A stretch of DNA of 15,804 nucleotides from the NCBI GenBank assembly GCA_003326195.1, contig LXQE01000136.1:308087-323890 (forward strand), written 5' to 3'. Shown here in pieces: positions 14,356-15,804 of the stretch (position 1 is its first letter; each line of letters opens with the position of its first letter). This DNA is from Nostoc punctiforme NIES-2108. Lineage in GTDB: Bacteria; Cyanobacteriota; Cyanobacteriia; Cyanobacteriales; Nostocaceae. The translations under genes and the position numbers were made by a program. The notes under the pieces were generated by a model. The model saw only the letters and a program-made list of their open reading frames with translations, had not been told where the DNA came from and ran no database searches.

Positions 14356-14628
14356 TTAAGCACTTTTGAAGGTATAAACCCGTTCTTGAGTCAACCACGC
14401 TGCATAAAGAAGAGATTGACGAATATCTTCTGCTTCTAAATCAGGATATTCTTCTAAAATTTCTTCTATAGACTTTCCATGAGCTACCAAATTTACCACT
14501 AAAGAAACCGGAATCCGCATCCCGCGAATGCAAGCTTGTCCAGCCATAATGCTAGGGTCAAATGTAATTCTCTCCAGACCTAACATAAACGATCGCTCCA
14601 AAATCTTTTTCATCGCTCTGAGGTGCAA
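14356..14628 (-). CDS. DUF433 domain protein (putative antitoxin / HTH partner of DUF5615), 75-90 aa depending on start
   Basis: ITFDPSIMAGQACIRGMRIPVSLVVNLVAHGKSIEEILEEYPDLEAEDIRQSLLYAAW matches the DUF433 consensus (DP.i..G.p.I.GtRi.v..i......G.s.eeIl..yP.l...di..al.Ya). Alternative ATG starts lie at 14613 and 14586. Confidence 0.75.
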   Translation of the reverse strand: MHLRAMKKILERSFMLGLERITFDPSIMAGQACIRGMRIPVSLVVNLVAHGKSIEEILEEYPDLEAEDIRQSLLYAAWLTQERVYTFKSA

Positions 14629-14705
14629 TGATGATATTGTAAAGCCTAGCGCTCTATTTTTGATTGTAAACCCATAAGCGATCGCCTTTTAGATAAAACT
14701 GAAAA

Positions 14706-14793
14706 GGGCGTTAGCGTTCGCGAAGCCTCTCGAAGAGAAGCGTCTCGTAGAGAAGCTTACTGTTCGCGTAGCGTTCTGAAGGAAAGGTATCGC
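14706..14793. repeat. Dispersed short-repeat element (GCGTTAGCGTTCGCGAAGC ... CTCGAAGAGAAGCGTCTCGTAGAGAAGC ... GTTCGCGTAGCGTTC)
   Basis: There is an internal direct repeat CTCG(A/T)AGAGAAGC, and the flanking segments are partially inverted. It is related to 6188-6272 and 15151-15188. Confidence 0.65.
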
Positions 14794-14823
14794 CTAAACT
14801 AAAATTCATATTGAACTAAGTAA

Positions 14824-15116
14824 AAATGTCATTCAACTTACTCAAAATGAGCTTTGACTTTCTCAAAAGCAGCTTTTACTTATTCAAACCCCAGTTTGCT
14901 TTCTCATTTCGGTGTTTTCCGCAAGCAAAATAAGCTTTTACTTATTCAAACCCCAGTTTGCTTTCTCATTTTGGTGTTTTCCGCAAGCAAAATGAGCTTT
15001 GACTTACTCAAAAGAAGCTTTTGCTTTCTCAAACCTGAGTTTGCTTTCTCATTTTAGTGTTTTCCGCAAGTAAAAGGAGCTTTTACTTTCTCAAACCCCA
15101 GTTTGCTTACTTATTT
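14824..15116. repeat. Complex non-coding tandem array: about 14 phased ~21-nt units (consensus nnnAGCTTTTaCTTtCTCAAA, interspersed GTGTTTTCCGCAAGCAAA) organised as about 4 copies of a 62-nt higher-order repeat
   Basis: The higher-order units 14871-14932 and 14933-14994 are near-identical. The third (14995-15077) carries an extra 21-nt unit and the fourth (15078-15116) is truncated. No unique spacers are present. Confidence 0.9.
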
Positions 15117-15219
15117 GAGTAATTCACGCATTTATTTTGGTATATCATTAGCCGAAAGCTGGCGTAGGCGTAGCCCGTCGGAGACATTACTCTAGAAAAC
15201 AAGTGTAAATCGACAAGCG

Positions 15220-15330
15220 ATCGCTATTGATGCAGATGCCATTGCCCGTGCGATCGCATACACTATTGAACAGCCCAGTGATGTTGATGTGAATTAAATC
15301 CTTATCCGTCCAACACGTCAAGAACTTTAG
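15220..15330 (+). pseudogene. C-terminal remnant of a short-chain dehydrogenase/reductase (SDR) gene with an internal nonsense codon
   Basis: The frame reads AIDADAIARAIAYTIEQPSDVDVN*ILIRPTRQEL*. The SDR C-terminal consensus is ...DIA.A..Y....P..V.VNEI.IRPT.Q, and TAA at 15295-15297 sits exactly where the conserved Glu (GAA) is expected. No N-terminal part lies upstream; repeats replace it. Confidence 0.6.
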
Positions 15331-15391
15331 ATTTAGGCTGACAAAAGAAGTAAGACACGATTAAAGCAAACTTGTCAGGGAGTTAATTGAC

Positions 15392-15804
15392 ATGGTTAAG
15401 GAATCTAATGCTTATCTGTTAGGTGGTGGTATCGGCTCTTTGGCAGCCGCCGCCTTCATGATTCGCGACGGCAGACTCCCTAGCGGAAATATTTTTATCC
15501 TAGAAGCAAAGCCCCTCCTGGGCGGAAGTATGGATGGAACCAGGAATCCTGGTGAAATAGTTGAGCCTGAAACAGTTGAGCCTGAAACAGTTGAGCCTGA
15601 AACAGTTGAGCCTGAAACAGTTGAGCCTGAAACAGTTGAGCCTGAAACAGTTGAGCCTGAAACAGTTGAAACAGTTGAGCCTGAAACAGTTGAGCCTGAG
15701 ACAGTTGAGCCTGAAACAGTTGAGCCTGAGACAGTTGAGCCTGAAACAGTTGAGCCTGAAACAGTTGAGCCTGAAACAGTTGAGCCTGAAACAGTTGAGC
15801 CTGA
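15392..15804 (+). CDS. 5' end of an oleate hydratase (MCRA family, FAD-dependent)-like gene, open to the window edge; from codon 55 onward it consists of (ETVEP)n repeats
   Basis: [55 protein letters not shown] shows the FAD GxGxxS motif plus the LIRDG...ENI.ILE....GGS(L/M)DG signature I associate with oleate hydratases. AGGGAG lies about 9 nt upstream of ATG 15392. It is missing from the ORF track because no stop is reached. Confidence 0.6.
   Translation, partial: MVKESNAYLLGGGIGSLAAAAFMIRDGRLPSGNIFILEAKPLLGGSMDGTRNPGEIVEPETVEPETVEPETVEPETVEPETVEPETVEPETVETVEPETVEPETVEPETVEPETVEPETVEPETVEPETVEPETVEP
15554..15804. repeat. 15-nt tandem repeat GAAACAGTTGAGCCT, 16 full copies plus one 9-nt partial copy (15659-15667), truncated by the window end
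   Basis: Direct counting. Variants are the first unit with ACA->ATA, and the units at 15698 and 15728 with GAA->GAG. All units and the 9-nt partial are multiples of 3 and in frame with the ATG at 15392. Confidence 0.97.

Noticed and set aside
14854-15057. 67-aa ORF inside the 21-nt/62-nt tandem array
   Set aside because: The repetitive Phe/Ser/Lys/Leu peptide is generated by the repeat. The 62-nt period is not a multiple of 3, and there is no RBS.
15337-15378. 7-bp inverted repeat CTGACAA ... TTGTCAG upstream of the oleate-hydratase-like start, as a possible operator
   Set aside because: The stem is short with a ~28-nt spacer and no adjacent regulator gene, which is too weak to call.
14824-15804. 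Possible CRISPR arrays (the regular repeats at 14824-15116 and 15554-15804)
   Set aside because: Neither has unique spacers. The first is a contiguous 21/62-nt tandem array and the second a head-to-tail 15-nt repeat. There are no cas genes in the window.

Overview
The window looks like chromosomal DNA from a filamentous, probably Nostocales, cyanobacterium. Support: at least 17 HIP1 palindromes (GCGATCGC), several STRR-like heptamer tracts, and dispersed 'GCGTTAGCG / CGTCTCGTAGAGAAG'-type short repeats. The left third (1-6127) is housekeeping or accessory metabolism and signalling: an MFS transporter, a 6PGDH-like NAD(P) oxidoreductase, a compositionally foreign GC-rich SAM O-methyltransferase, and a convergent 888-aa multi-PAS histidine kinase. 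After a ~490-bp AT-rich gap, the middle (6829-14628) is a dense conflict or defence-type cluster. It holds an XPB/Rad25-like SF2 helicase overlapping a DUF790 (Bax1-like) nuclease gene, followed tightly by a VapB-like/PIN (VapC) pair. Next come a stand-alone PD-(D/E)XK nuclease, an NLR-like STAND gene (NB-ARC + TPR), and a DUF433/DUF5615 (PIN-like) pair. The N-terminal helical module of the STAND gene is cut off from the NTPase by a single in-frame TGA. The right end (14629-15804) is a decayed, repeat-rich zone. It contains a 21-nt-periodic / 62-nt tandem array, a short-chain dehydrogenase C-terminal remnant with a nonsense codon, and the 5' end of an oleate-hydratase-like gene. That gene runs in frame into at least 16 copies of a 15-nt tandem repeat (ETVEP)n that continues to the window edge. 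No transposase, integrase, rRNA, intact tRNA or CRISPR array was seen. The best candidates for something new are the interrupted or split N-domain/NB-ARC/TPR locus and the helicase-DUF790-VapBC four-gene block. All family assignments come from motifs read by eye and need HMM or BLAST confirmation.
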